The position numbers were made by a program, and so were the translations under genes. Below are positions 1 to 8,949 of a stretch of DNA of 64,000 nucleotides, piece by piece. The stretch's first letter is position 1. Each line of letters opens with the position of its first letter. The stretch is from contig OW818698.1 of the NCBI GenBank assembly GCA_942493375.1, forward strand, positions 6,255,465 through 6,319,464, read 5' to 3'. This stretch comes from Abditibacteriota bacterium. Its GTDB lineage: Bacteria; Armatimonadota; UBA5829. The notes beneath the pieces are model-generated. The model made no database searches, was not told the DNA's origin, and worked only from the letters and a program-made list of their open reading frames with translations.

Positions 1-1
1 G

Positions 2-763
2 AATGTCGGTAAGTCATCTTTAATCAATAGAGTTTTAGGTGAAAAACGCGTCATTGTCTCAGATATTCCCGGTACTACACGCGATACTATTGACACCGTA
101 TTCCAGAAAGACGACAATACTGTTGTCTTGATTGACACAGCCGGTATCAGAAAGTCCGGTAAGATCCAGGGCTCAGTTGAATACTATACAGTTCTCCGTG
201 CTGTCAGAAGTATGGAAAGGGCTGATGTAGCTATAATTCTTCTGGATGCTGGTCAGGGACTTCTTGAAGGTGATAAGCGGGTTGCTGGTCTGGCTCACGA
301 AGCCGGAAGAGCCTGCGTAATTGTTGTCAACAAATGGGATCTGAGACCTGAAGAAGATAAGAAGGTCTTCGCTGATGAACTCCGACTCCAGTTGCCGTTT
401 ATCAGTTATGCTCCAATTGTATTCTGTTCAGCCTTGACTGGTTATGGTGTAATGGACGTTGTCGATACTGCTATCGATGTTACAGCTAACCACTCACTGC
501 GAATATCAACTGGTGAACTGAATAGAATATTCCAGGGAGCGGCTGATGAGCATCCTTATGGAAGAAAAGGCCGTGATCTTAAGATCAAATATGCAACAAT
601 GACCGAGGTCAAACCGCCGAACATTGTAGTGTTCGTGAATGATCCGGAATTGGTGCATTTCTCATATGCAAGGTATCTGGAGAACAAACTCAGAGAAGTC
701 TATTCCTATGAAGGAACTACAGTGCGCCTGAGTTTCAGGAAAGCAAAGAAAACGAGGGGCTGA
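2..763 (+). CDS. der: GTPase Der/EngA, C-terminal GTPase domain plus KH domain (5' end lies outside the window)
   Basis: The in-frame translation starting at nt 2 reads NVGKSSLINRVLG...DTAGIR...NKWDL, which gives the G1/G3/G4 GTPase motifs followed by a KH-like tail. The reading frame is open to the window edge. Confidence 0.8.
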   Translation, partial: NVGKSSLINRVLGEKRVIVSDIPGTTRDTIDTVFQKDDNTVVLIDTAGIRKSGKIQGSVEYYTVLRAVRSMERADVAIILLDAGQGLLEGDKRVAGLAHEAGRACVIVVNKWDLRPEEDKKVFADELRLQLPFISYAPIVFCSALTGYGVMDVVDTAIDVTANHSLRISTGELNRIFQGAADEHPYGRKGRDLKIKYATMTEVKPPNIVVFVNDPELVHFSYARYLENKLREVYSYEGTTVRLSFRKAKKTRG

Positions 764-764
764 T

Positions 765-1400
765 TTGGCTAATACCGTCCTGTCGCTGATTGCGTGCTAT
801 TTAATAGGCTCGATTCCTTTTGGATTATTAGCTGGATGGTTATTTAAAAAAGTCGATATCAGGGAGTTTGGCAGCGGTAATATTGGCGCTACCAATGTCC
901 TCAGAACACTTGGACCAGGACCGGCGTTCCTGGTCTTTTTGCTGGATACCGCAAAAGGCTATGTTGCTGTCCTCATATGTGAAATACTTGTCCCTCACAG
1001 TCCCGGTATTGTAGTTGCAGGGGCGCTGCTGAGCGTTGCTGGTCACAATTTCTCCATATTCCTCAAGTTCCATGGAGGCAAGGGGGTAGCTACTACCCTG
1101 GGGGTTATTCTGGGCCTGAACCTTACTACCGGTCTTATCGGGTTGGGTGTTTGGATACTCTTTGTGGGTATAACCAGATATATCTCCATTGCATCAATTG
1201 TAGCTGCTATTACCGTGCCGACTGTTATGCATTTCTGGACTGCTCTGCAGGTCCCTGTAATCTATCAGCTGACCGCTGTAGTTGCTGCTTTGGCAATTAT
1301 ATTAAAGCACCGCCCAAACATAAAAAGGCTGCTCGATGGAACAGAGAGCCGCGTTGGGCAAAGAGTCAAGATGCCGAGTGACAGTGAGGAACCCAAATGA
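765..1400 (+). CDS. plsY: Glycerol-3-phosphate acyltransferase PlsY
   Basis: 211-aa polytopic membrane protein with the GSGNIGATN motif. It sits immediately downstream of der, which is a conserved der-plsY neighbourhood. Confidence 0.8.
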   Translation: MANTVLSLIACYLIGSIPFGLLAGWLFKKVDIREFGSGNIGATNVLRTLGPGPAFLVFLLDTAKGYVAVLICEILVPHSPGIVVAGALLSVAGHNFSIFLKFHGGKGVATTLGVILGLNLTTGLIGLGVWILFVGITRYISIASIVAAITVPTVMHFWTALQVPVIYQLTAVVAALAIILKHRPNIKRLLDGTESRVGQRVKMPSDSEEPK

Positions 1401-1918
1401 ACGAAGAACACAGTCCGCACGTCAAACTAGCTTTACAGACTATCAATGAGTATGTCCGCACCGGTGCCATTCTGGATGTCCGATCTGAAGCCCCAGCTGA
1501 ACTCATCGGAAGCAGTGCAGGAGTCTTTGTATCTCTGCACAAGCATGGTGAACTGAGGGGATGTATCGGGACTATCGAGGCAACCACAGACAGTATTGCT
1601 GAAGAGATCATAAACAATGCGATCAGTGCTGCTACCCGCGACTGGAGATTCCAGCCCGTTGATCCAAGTGAATTAGCAGACCTTGAATGCAGTGTAGATG
1701 TCCTTGGAACTGCTGAGCCGGTTACCGACATATCTGAGATGGACCCAAAAGTGTATGGAGTGATCGTACGCAGAGGCAGCCGTAAAGGCCTCCTGCTGCC
1801 CGATCTGGACGGAGTAGACACTGTAGCGCATCAGATAGCCATAGCCCTCCGCAAAGCCGGTATAGGCGAAGAAGAAAGCTACGAGCTATTCAAATTCAAA
1901 GTAACCAGATATCACTGA
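1397..1918 (+). CDS. AMMECR1 domain protein
   Basis: 173 aa with an AMMECR1-like core (GVFVSLHKHGELRGCIG). Its start overlaps the plsY stop (ATGA). Confidence 0.6.
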   Translation: MNEEHSPHVKLALQTINEYVRTGAILDVRSEAPAELIGSSAGVFVSLHKHGELRGCIGTIEATTDSIAEEIINNAISAATRDWRFQPVDPSELADLECSVDVLGTAEPVTDISEMDPKVYGVIVRRGSRKGLLLPDLDGVDTVAHQIAIALRKAGIGEEESYELFKFKVTRYH

Positions 1919-2157
1919 TGTGAATTGTGGTGAATGCTGCCTGTAATTGTGGTGCAGGCCTTCCAGCGTAACAGTTCAGTTTTAGTGGGTAATATGATAA
2001 AATTCCGTTCGTCCTGAGTAGCGCAAAGCGCGTATCGAAGGATGAACGGAATTTTGCCCACAAATACTGAATTGTTACCATAATTGCATATACAGGGTAC
2101 AAAAATAATGGGCGCTTGATTAAGCGCCCATTAAACTGAAAGCATATTGTGTGATAT

Positions 2158-2373
2158 CTAAGCTGACCGCTGAACTCTGCCGGCCTTGAGGCACTTTGCA
2201 CAGACTTTGAGTGTCTTTGGGGTGCCTTTGATCACTGTGTGGACGGTCTGCAGGTTCGGTAACCATCTCCGCTTGGTTCTTGGTGCACGAAGTGCCCACG
2301 CTCCGGAGTGGATGTGTCTTATGTTCTGACCGAACTGAGGTCCTTTACCACAAGAGTCGCATATATTGGACAT
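2158..2373 (-). CDS. rpmB: 50S ribosomal protein L28
   Basis: The C-terminal 71 aa of the longer ORF read MSNICDSCGKGPQFGQNIRHIHSGAWALRAPRTKRRWLPNLQ...CAKCLKAGRVQR, a classic L28 sequence. There is an ATG at 2373 with an AAAAAGGAGC SD sequence 8 nt upstream. The annotated 134-aa ORF is an over-extension. Confidence 0.85.
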   Translation of the reverse strand: MSNICDSCGKGPQFGQNIRHIHSGAWALRAPRTKRRWLPNLQTVHTVIKGTPKTLKVCAKCLKAGRVQRSA

Positions 2374-2441
2374 ATCAATGAAGCTCCTTTTTTTGAGAAA
2401 TAGAGCGAAGTATCGAGCTGAATAAAGCTCACACTTCAGTT

Positions 2442-3677
2442 TTGGCGGTTCGCCAAACACTGAAGAATTGTCTCGCAAACACGGGTTATATACTATCACA
2501 AAATGGCAAGAATAGGCAAATGAAATCAGATAGCAACATATTAAATATACTGAAAAGTGCACCGATATTGTCCCAGAATGACACTATAAGGCGTGCTGCC
2601 GGACTAATTAAGGCCTCAGAAGGGTCTGCAGTATTCGTTCGCTTCGACAGTTCTGTCTCAGGGGTTGTAACAGAGCAATCGATATCTGCATTTATTGCAT
2701 CAAAAGATGATACCCGGGAAGCGCTCGATGCCCCAATCGGTCCCCTGGCAAAACCTACTTCAGCTGTTCTACATCCTTCTTCGACAATTAAGGATGCAGC
2801 TGAAGCTTTCGGTGGGTCAGATTCCGATGTGCTTCCAGTAGTCGATGATTACGGGACATTTATGGGAGCGATAATTCGGGCTGATGTAATCTGTATACTG
2901 ACAGACAACCTGAGACCACCAAGTGTTGGAGGAATGGCCACCCCACTCGGTGTTTTCCTGACAACAGGATCACACAGTGGTGGAGCTGGAGCACTTGGCT
3001 TAATTCTGACAGGTGTATCGATGTCAGTGATGATTGCAATTGCTTCACTCGTATCATACGGATTAATGCAGTTATTTACCCATCTTACTGGTATCAGGGT
3101 GGACTTCATGCTTGATTCTGTTCCACTTGCCAGTACCATGAGTGTGTATGATTTACCCTATTATATTTCGGCAGTTCTACGTTCTGTTATATTTCTGGCA
3201 TTACTACGGTTCAGCCCGTTGTCCGGATATCACGCAGCAGAACACATGACAGTGCATGCCATTGAAAGAGGAGAATCCCTTACACCGGAAGTAGTCAGCC
3301 AGATGCCAAGAGTCCATCCGAGATGTGGTTCCAACATACTGGCAATCGCAGGCGTTTTTATGATTGTTGCAGAGACGATCGGTGCCGAAGCAGCAGTCTT
3401 TGCAGCTGTTCTGGTCGTAGTGTTGGGTTGGAGAAAAATAGGTGGATTTCTACAATCAGCAATTACTACAAAGACACCTTCGGAGAAACAGCTTGCAAGT
3501 GGCATAGCAGCTGGTAAAGAAGTAATGGAAAGATTCCAGGCCAATCCAGGCTACCAGGCATTTGGTTTCCAGAGAATCCTGAACATAGGCTTCCTGCAGA
3601 CCCTGTTAGGCATGATCGTCTCTTTCGGCCTAATATACCTGCTGCAAGAACTACTAAACATCAATTTCCTGCTGTAA
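2442..3677 (+). CDS. CBS-pair domain membrane protein with an HxxEH-containing polytopic C-terminal domain (DUF1385/YqhQ-like?)
   Basis: The N-terminus has a CBS-like region and several TM helices follow. The motif GYHAAEHMTVHAIE is present. The true start may be the internal Met at about 2520. Confidence 0.45.
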   Translation: MAVRQTLKNCLANTGYILSQNGKNRQMKSDSNILNILKSAPILSQNDTIRRAAGLIKASEGSAVFVRFDSSVSGVVTEQSISAFIASKDDTREALDAPIGPLAKPTSAVLHPSSTIKDAAEAFGGSDSDVLPVVDDYGTFMGAIIRADVICILTDNLRPPSVGGMATPLGVFLTTGSHSGGAGALGLILTGVSMSVMIAIASLVSYGLMQLFTHLTGIRVDFMLDSVPLASTMSVYDLPYYISAVLRSVIFLALLRFSPLSGYHAAEHMTVHAIERGESLTPEVVSQMPRVHPRCGSNILAIAGVFMIVAETIGAEAAVFAAVLVVVLGWRKIGGFLQSAITTKTPSEKQLASGIAAGKEVMERFQANPGYQAFGFQRILNIGFLQTLLGMIVSFGLIYLLQELLNINFLL

Positions 3678-3832
3678 ACTTGATAACACTATAGAATAGC
3701 ACAACCAATTCTCCCTTGGAGAAGAGTCATAGCTGTCTAATAACTATTGTAGGGGCGATCCCTCTGCGGTCGCCCGGAGCACTTCATAATTCATAACTCA
3801 TAATATACTGAACAAGCATGTGGAGATAAAAA

Positions 3833-4069
3833 ATGGAAGACTGTAAGAAGAATTTCTACGTAACGCCGGAGAGCAACACACAATACTTGCTGCGTACCTA
3901 TCCCGAGTGTTGTCAGGTATTTGAGAAGCATGAGATGCCATGCAGCGAGTGCATGGGTGTAGGGTGCGATACTCTGGCGGACTGCGCTATTATGCATGGA
4001 GTGGATATAGATGTGCTTGTGACTGAACTGCGCGAATGCCTGGGTTGCACGGAGCCTCCCAGTCTGTGA
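3833..4069 (+). CDS. DUF1858 family small redox/disulfide protein (hybrid-cluster-protein-associated domain)
   Basis: 78 aa, YPECCQVFEKHEMPCSECMG...AIMHGVDIDVLVTELRE matches the DUF1858 pattern. There is a GGAGATAAAAAATG RBS. Confidence 0.6.
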   Translation: MEDCKKNFYVTPESNTQYLLRTYPECCQVFEKHEMPCSECMGVGCDTLADCAIMHGVDIDVLVTELRECLGCTEPPSL

Positions 4070-4161
4070 TACTCCACTAGTCCCCAGACAACCAAAGCCG
4101 CCAGCACCGCAATGCCGACGGCCCATAGCATCCTGACTTGTTCTTCAGTCAGTTTTTTCAT
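3913..4161 (-). CDS. Candidate small membrane protein translationally coupled to tyrS; only the first ~30 codons lie in non-overlapping sequence
   Basis: Its ATG is 1 nt after the tyrS stop (TAAGATG). The N-terminus MKKLTEEQVRMLWAVGIAVLAALVVWGLV is a clean TM helix. The remainder overlaps DUF1858 in antisense and looks non-coding. Confidence 0.25.
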   Translation of the reverse strand: MKKLTEEQVRMLWAVGIAVLAALVVWGLVEYHRLGGSVQPRHSRSSVTSTSISTPCIIAQSARVSHPTPMHSLHGISCFSNT

Positions 4162-4162
4162 C

Positions 4163-5404
4163 TTACACGGTCACGTGGGCGAATTTCAGTTTTCCTGCCC
4201 TCAATATAATCCCATCACCGATCTCAACTCCGGCAGTGATGTCAGTTATCTTTGTTCCATCGACAGATACTCCGCCCTGCTGCACAAGCCTCTTGGCTTC
4301 ATTGCCTGATGGAGCCAGACCTGCAGATACAAGCAGCCTGACGATAACAATCTTGCCATCAGTCAGTAAACTTGAATCCAGCTTAACTTCCGGCATATCC
4401 TCTGGTATCTCTTTGTTGCTGAATACCCGTTCGAACTCTGCAACCGCATGCTGTCCCGCTTCCGCAGAGTGGTAGATTGCCACAATCTCTTTACCCAGCC
4501 GCTTCTTCATATCCATCGGATGCAACTTGCCTGCCTGGACATCACTCCACATCGTGTTTATCTCATCCAGAGGCACATCGGTGCACAGTTCATAGAACTT
4601 CGGCATCATTTCATCAGGCAGAGACATTATCTTTCCGAACATGTCTTTGGGATTTTCAGTAATACCTACATAGTTGCCCAATGACTTGGACATCTTCTGC
4701 ACGCCGTCCAAACCAGGCAGAATAGGCATAAACAGACCGATCTGCTCTTCCTGGTCATACTGGCCCTGCAGGTCCCGTCCCATCATTATGTTGAACTTCT
4801 GCTCAGTTCCACCGACTTCGACATCCGATTTAAGGAACACAGAGTCATAAGCCTGGCAGATAGGATACATCAGCTCGTGTACGCTGATAGGTTTCCCTTC
4901 AGCCAGCCTGGTTGCGAAATCGTCCCTTTCGAGGATTCTGGCAACAGTCACTTTAGCTGCTATCTTAATAACTTCCGCAAAACCCAAAGGTCCAAGCCAC
5001 TCGCTGTTAAATACTACCTTGGTCTTCTCAGGTATAAGTATCTTGCAGAACTGATCGTAATAAGTTTGAGCGTTGGCCTTGATCTCCTCAGTGCTCAGCT
5101 GAGGTCTGGTGACGCTGCGTCCGCTGGGGTCACCAATCGAAGCAGTAAAATCGCCAATAATTATATATACTTCGTGGCCCATGTCCTGGAACTGCCGCAT
5201 CTTCCGAAGGACAACCGCACTCCCAAGGTGAATATCCGGAGCAGTAGGGTCAAGTCCAAGCTTTATCCGAAGGGTTTTGCCCTCAGATTCGGCCTTCTTG
5301 AGTTTTACCCGCAGTCCTTCTTCAGGGACAATCTCTACTGTGCCACGCTTAATAAGCTGAAGCTGTTCATCTATAGTCAACTTGCTTTTCCAGCCTCCAT
5401 CCAT
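4163..5404 (-). CDS. tyrS: Tyrosyl-tRNA synthetase (with C-terminal S4-like domain)
   Basis: KMSKS-type motif KMSKSLGN, HIG-like region PTAPDIHLGS, and a C-terminal S4 domain (RLLVSAGLAPSGNEAKRLVQQGGVSVDG). I take the start as the Met at 5404. The upstream in-frame extension is low-complexity. Confidence 0.85.
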   Translation of the reverse strand: MDGGWKSKLTIDEQLQLIKRGTVEIVPEEGLRVKLKKAESEGKTLRIKLGLDPTAPDIHLGSAVVLRKMRQFQDMGHEVYIIIGDFTASIGDPSGRSVTRPQLSTEEIKANAQTYYDQFCKILIPEKTKVVFNSEWLGPLGFAEVIKIAAKVTVARILERDDFATRLAEGKPISVHELMYPICQAYDSVFLKSDVEVGGTEQKFNIMMGRDLQGQYDQEEQIGLFMPILPGLDGVQKMSKSLGNYVGITENPKDMFGKIMSLPDEMMPKFYELCTDVPLDEINTMWSDVQAGKLHPMDMKKRLGKEIVAIYHSAEAGQHAVAEFERVFSNKEIPEDMPEVKLDSSLLTDGKIVIVRLLVSAGLAPSGNEAKRLVQQGGVSVDGTKITDITAGVEIGDGIILRAGKLKFAHVTV

Positions 5405-5786
5405 ACCATTAGCCTGCATTAATAATGCGAGCTTGAACATAAACATCGTACCACGACAGGCCTCGGGAGTCAAACCAGCAGGCAGAGAGTGGAAGAGTGG
5501 GAGATGGGGGGACAGGGAGAGTGGGAGAAAACATATAAGTCCGATCCGTCTGATCCGACCAATCCGTCCGATAGAATCCCGGAAAGAAAACCAGCGCCAA
5601 TTCATCACACTTTTCCGGATCTATGCATCGGTATCAGAACGAAGGGGAGCACTAACAATAGTATATATTACAATCCGTCATCCCCGGAGTGCCGATGCCG
5701 ATGCACTGCCTGCCTACGCAGAGTTGCATTCATACAAGTTACAGTATTATTGTATGTATTATATGCTGTAAACACGGAGCTTATAA

Positions 5787-6842
5787 ATGTTAAATCATAA
5801 ACCAATAGAAACAGTCATAGCCGGGCTTGGTCGGGCTGGTTGGGATATCCACTGGAAGCAACTACTCAAAGAACATCCTGGTTATCGAGTAGTTGGTGTT
5901 ATCGAACCTATGGAATCCAGACGGCTTGAAGCACAACAAGAGATTGCTTGTCGCACATATGCATCCTTTGCTGACTTCCTGGCTGATCCAATCGGTGAAC
6001 TCATTGTTATAGCGACGCCAAGTGGAGCTCACGGTTCTGAAGCACTCGCATGTCTTGAGATAGGATTAAACGTAGCAGTTGACAAGCCCATGTGCCAGGG
6101 TGTTGCAGAAGCTGACGCAATTATTGATCTTGCACATACTCGGAATTTGGTCCTGACCTGCTATCACCCATACCGGTTTAAAGAGGATTTCCTGGTTATT
6201 CGAGATATAATCCGCTCCGGGCGGATTGGTCGTATTGTGGAGATCAAATGCAACCGCAGTGAGTTCTTCCGCAGAAATGACTGGGTGATGCGCAAAGCCA
6301 AAGGTGGAGGAATGCACAATGTATGGGGTTCTCATACGGTTGACCAGTGTCTGCAGCTTGCAGCAAGTCCCGTAAATGAAGTGTTCAGTGATCTTCAGTC
6401 CACTGTTACCCCTGGTGATGCAGACGATCACTGCAAGATACTCATTAAATGTGAAAATGGTACCCTAATCGACGCTGAGATATCCAACAGTATGATATTT
6501 CCCCCTCAACCGGAGTGGATGGTTGCAGGGGAGTGCGGAGGTCTGGTTTCCTGTTCAGAAGGCATTCACGTGAAATGGTTTAATCCCAACAAAGCCCCGG
6601 AGATAATAATGCACGATGGCCCTGCTGTGAACCGCCGTTACGATAATGATGATACACTTCCCTGGCAGGAGGAGATTATACCTCTACCTGAGACAAGAGG
6701 ATTCGTGGCATTCTATGACAACCTCTGCCTGGCAATCCGGGAAAGCGCTCCACTGGAAATAACTCCTGAGAGCGCAAGAGACACAATAGCAGTCCTGGAA
6801 ACCTGCCGCAAGCAAAACCCGCATATCTGGGCAGATATCTGA
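5787..6842 (+). CDS. Gfo/Idh/MocA family NAD(P)-dependent oxidoreductase
   Basis: N-terminal Rossmann motif IAGLGRAGWDIHW, EIGLNVAVDKP in the middle, and the C-terminal alpha/beta domain. Confidence 0.6.
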   Translation: MLNHKPIETVIAGLGRAGWDIHWKQLLKEHPGYRVVGVIEPMESRRLEAQQEIACRTYASFADFLADPIGELIVIATPSGAHGSEALACLEIGLNVAVDKPMCQGVAEADAIIDLAHTRNLVLTCYHPYRFKEDFLVIRDIIRSGRIGRIVEIKCNRSEFFRRNDWVMRKAKGGGMHNVWGSHTVDQCLQLAASPVNEVFSDLQSTVTPGDADDHCKILIKCENGTLIDAEISNSMIFPPQPEWMVAGECGGLVSCSEGIHVKWFNPNKAPEIIMHDGPAVNRRYDNDDTLPWQEEIIPLPETRGFVAFYDNLCLAIRESAPLEITPESARDTIAVLETCRKQNPHIWADI

Positions 6843-7052
6843 CACAACATAGGTGTAAAAGACTGAGTTTCTTTTGAACTCGGACAAGAGGTTGGGTAAA
6901 TGAAGCAAAGGGTATAGTAAAGAAGAATTGGCAGGCGTATTAAAAGTGCTCAGATTGTGCATTGTCTGAAAATGTAGTGGCTATTAATCATTCATACACT
7001 GCTTTATGAAGGAACTGCCTGTCAACGATTGTTGTTTGGAGTTATCGGAGTT

Positions 7053-7922
7053 ATGGTGTATCCTGAAAATAAAATCATTGCATTTGCCAAATCAACGTTG
7101 ATTTTGATCTGTGTTGTAGCTGCTATATTAGGAGCAGTTCATGTTATATTTCTGTTGACAAAACTGACAAGGCAGCTTGGCCAGATGACTGTCAAACTTG
7201 ATAAACTGGATACAATGACATCAGAGATCAATCGTCTGAATTCACGGTTGAATATGCTTGAAGAGACAAATAACAAGCTTTACCGCATGGAGAATTATAT
7301 GCGCTTTTTGCCGGTTTTAGCTGATGTTGGGAAAGTAGCAGTAGCGGAATCTTCAAGTGCAAATCGGAAGCTCGATATTACAAACGAAAGATTAGCAAAA
7401 ACGAACTCATTCATGCTTGATTCTACAAAAAAACTTAATGCTACTAACTATAATTTGCAGTTCACTAATGGCAATTTAAGGGGAATGCGAACCAACCTCT
7501 CCCATATGGGGGACTCGATGGACTTAATGGCTGCACAGCTTCCAGTGTTAAATGATATGAATCAACAACTCGCTCAGACCAATTTCAACCTTGGTAAGAC
7601 TACTGCAAGTATCGAACAGGTCACACGTGGGGTCGACAAGGTCAGTAGTGGGCTTGATGTAATGCAAATACAGCTAAAAGATATGGACACCAACTTCACG
7701 GTTCTTCCTGAGATGAAATTGAGTTTGGACAAGACTAATGAGATGTTAACAGCCACTACTCTAACCCTTCAGCCACTATGTCTGAGTCTGCCTGCATTAA
7801 ATGCATCAGTTCAACAGATGAATCTTACAACCCAGGATATGTCGAAAAGCTTGAAGAAACTTCCAAATCAGGGTGCGGTGGGTCTAGGAGTGCTGACAAG
7901 TGCGATACTTTTTAGAAAATAG
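7053..7922 (+). CDS. Membrane-anchored coiled-coil protein with Asn/Thr-rich heptad-like repeats (hypothetical)
   Basis: A single N-terminal TM helix (ILICVVAAILGAVHVIFLL) is followed by about 230 aa of TNxxLxx-type repeats. No recognisable catalytic motif. Confidence 0.45.
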   Translation: MVYPENKIIAFAKSTLILICVVAAILGAVHVIFLLTKLTRQLGQMTVKLDKLDTMTSEINRLNSRLNMLEETNNKLYRMENYMRFLPVLADVGKVAVAESSSANRKLDITNERLAKTNSFMLDSTKKLNATNYNLQFTNGNLRGMRTNLSHMGDSMDLMAAQLPVLNDMNQQLAQTNFNLGKTTASIEQVTRGVDKVSSGLDVMQIQLKDMDTNFTVLPEMKLSLDKTNEMLTATTLTLQPLCLSLPALNASVQQMNLTTQDMSKSLKKLPNQGAVGLGVLTSAILFRK

Positions 7923-8067
7923 CTGCCAGGTAGTCCCTGCTGCCGCACAATAGCGAAGCTTAGTGCATAAAACGGATTGGCTTTAAGTACATTTTAAAAT
8001 GATCAGCATGTATGGAATGGTATACTATATATACTCGTGAGATACCTTACTGTTTGATTGCATACTA

Positions 8068-8172
8068 ACCCGTTTTATTCACCAAGCTTCGCTTTTGTCC
8101 GGCAGTTGGGACAAAAGCTGAGAGTGTAAATGCATAGCATTTACACCGTCAGTCATGAATAATGCGGGCTAA
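8068..8172 (-). repeat. MITE/REP-like nested palindromic element, family 1 copy (reverse orientation, with an internal palindromic insertion)
   Basis: Outer arms CCCGTTTTATTCACCAAGC ... GTCATGAATAATGCGGGC match the arms of the copies at 28637, 31215 and 63631. The inner palindrome is CTTTTGTCC/GGACAAAAG. Confidence 0.6.
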
Positions 8173-8397
8173 ACATATATGCATCAAAATGGAGGAGCAT
8201 ACACTATTATATTTTCCAGCACTCCTCCCGATGTAGATACACTGGTAATCCCAAAGATTCCTGCCGAAATTTAAGAACGCCTCCCCTCATTACATACCAC
8301 AACATTAGTAGGCAGACTATTTCATTGTAAGAGCTTGCTGTATGCATGTTTGCTGCGATTCTGGTTGTTTTGAAATTGCATCTATAGTCTGCTTCCT

Positions 8398-8455
8398 TCT
8401 AGCCCGTATTATTCACCAAGCAACGCTTTAGTTCCTCAGGATGGCAATGTTCACA
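8398..8455. repeat. Partial family-1 MITE arm fused to a family-2-like motif (cctcaggatgg)
   Basis: ctagcccgtattattcaccaagcaacgcttt followed by agttcctcaggatggca. Confidence 0.4.
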
Positions 8456-8949
8456 TGAAACTGAACTCATACCATATACCGCATCAATCTTAGTGATGAT
8501 TATTATTCTATATAAGTAGAAATGCGTGTAAACACGATGAGATTGAAGCACATATACATTAGCTTCCGAGGAAATGCATTTATACAACCTGTTATAATGC
8601 GCGAGCTGCAGAATAAGTGCGGGCATAACAAGCGTCGTCGCACAAAACATCCTGCATCAACTGCAACAATTGAACAATCAGTAAAAACAGTGTAAGTAAA
8701 GAGGTGTATCTGCATATATACTGGTAATGATGTCATATGTGTGCCGCGTAATCACACAAAACATCACCATATCCATCCTAAGTAAACGATGATTTTGCAA
8801 AGTAGGTAATACTACTTATAATGCTTTTTCGTGCTAATGCCTAAAATCAGTTATGTATAACACTCTATTTTCCGATATATAAAATAGCTATCCGCAAATA
8901 GAGAAAAATGGAACGAATAACAAAATATAAAAGACCAGAAGGTGGAAGC

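Noticed and set aside
2158-2562. 134-aa annotation for the L28 ORF
   Set aside because: Only the C-terminal 71 aa are L28-like and a strong SD precedes the internal ATG at 2373. The upstream part is AT-rich intergenic sequence.
4448-5422. Several 60-180-aa plus-strand ORFs
   Set aside because: They are all antisense to tyrS, whose product has clear class-I aaRS motifs.
5382-5800. 129-aa and 103-aa ORFs in the tyrS upstream region
   Set aside because: They overlap purine-rich low-complexity DNA and a short direct-repeat run. The amino-acid composition is Gly/Glu/Arg-rich and non-protein-like, and there is no RBS.
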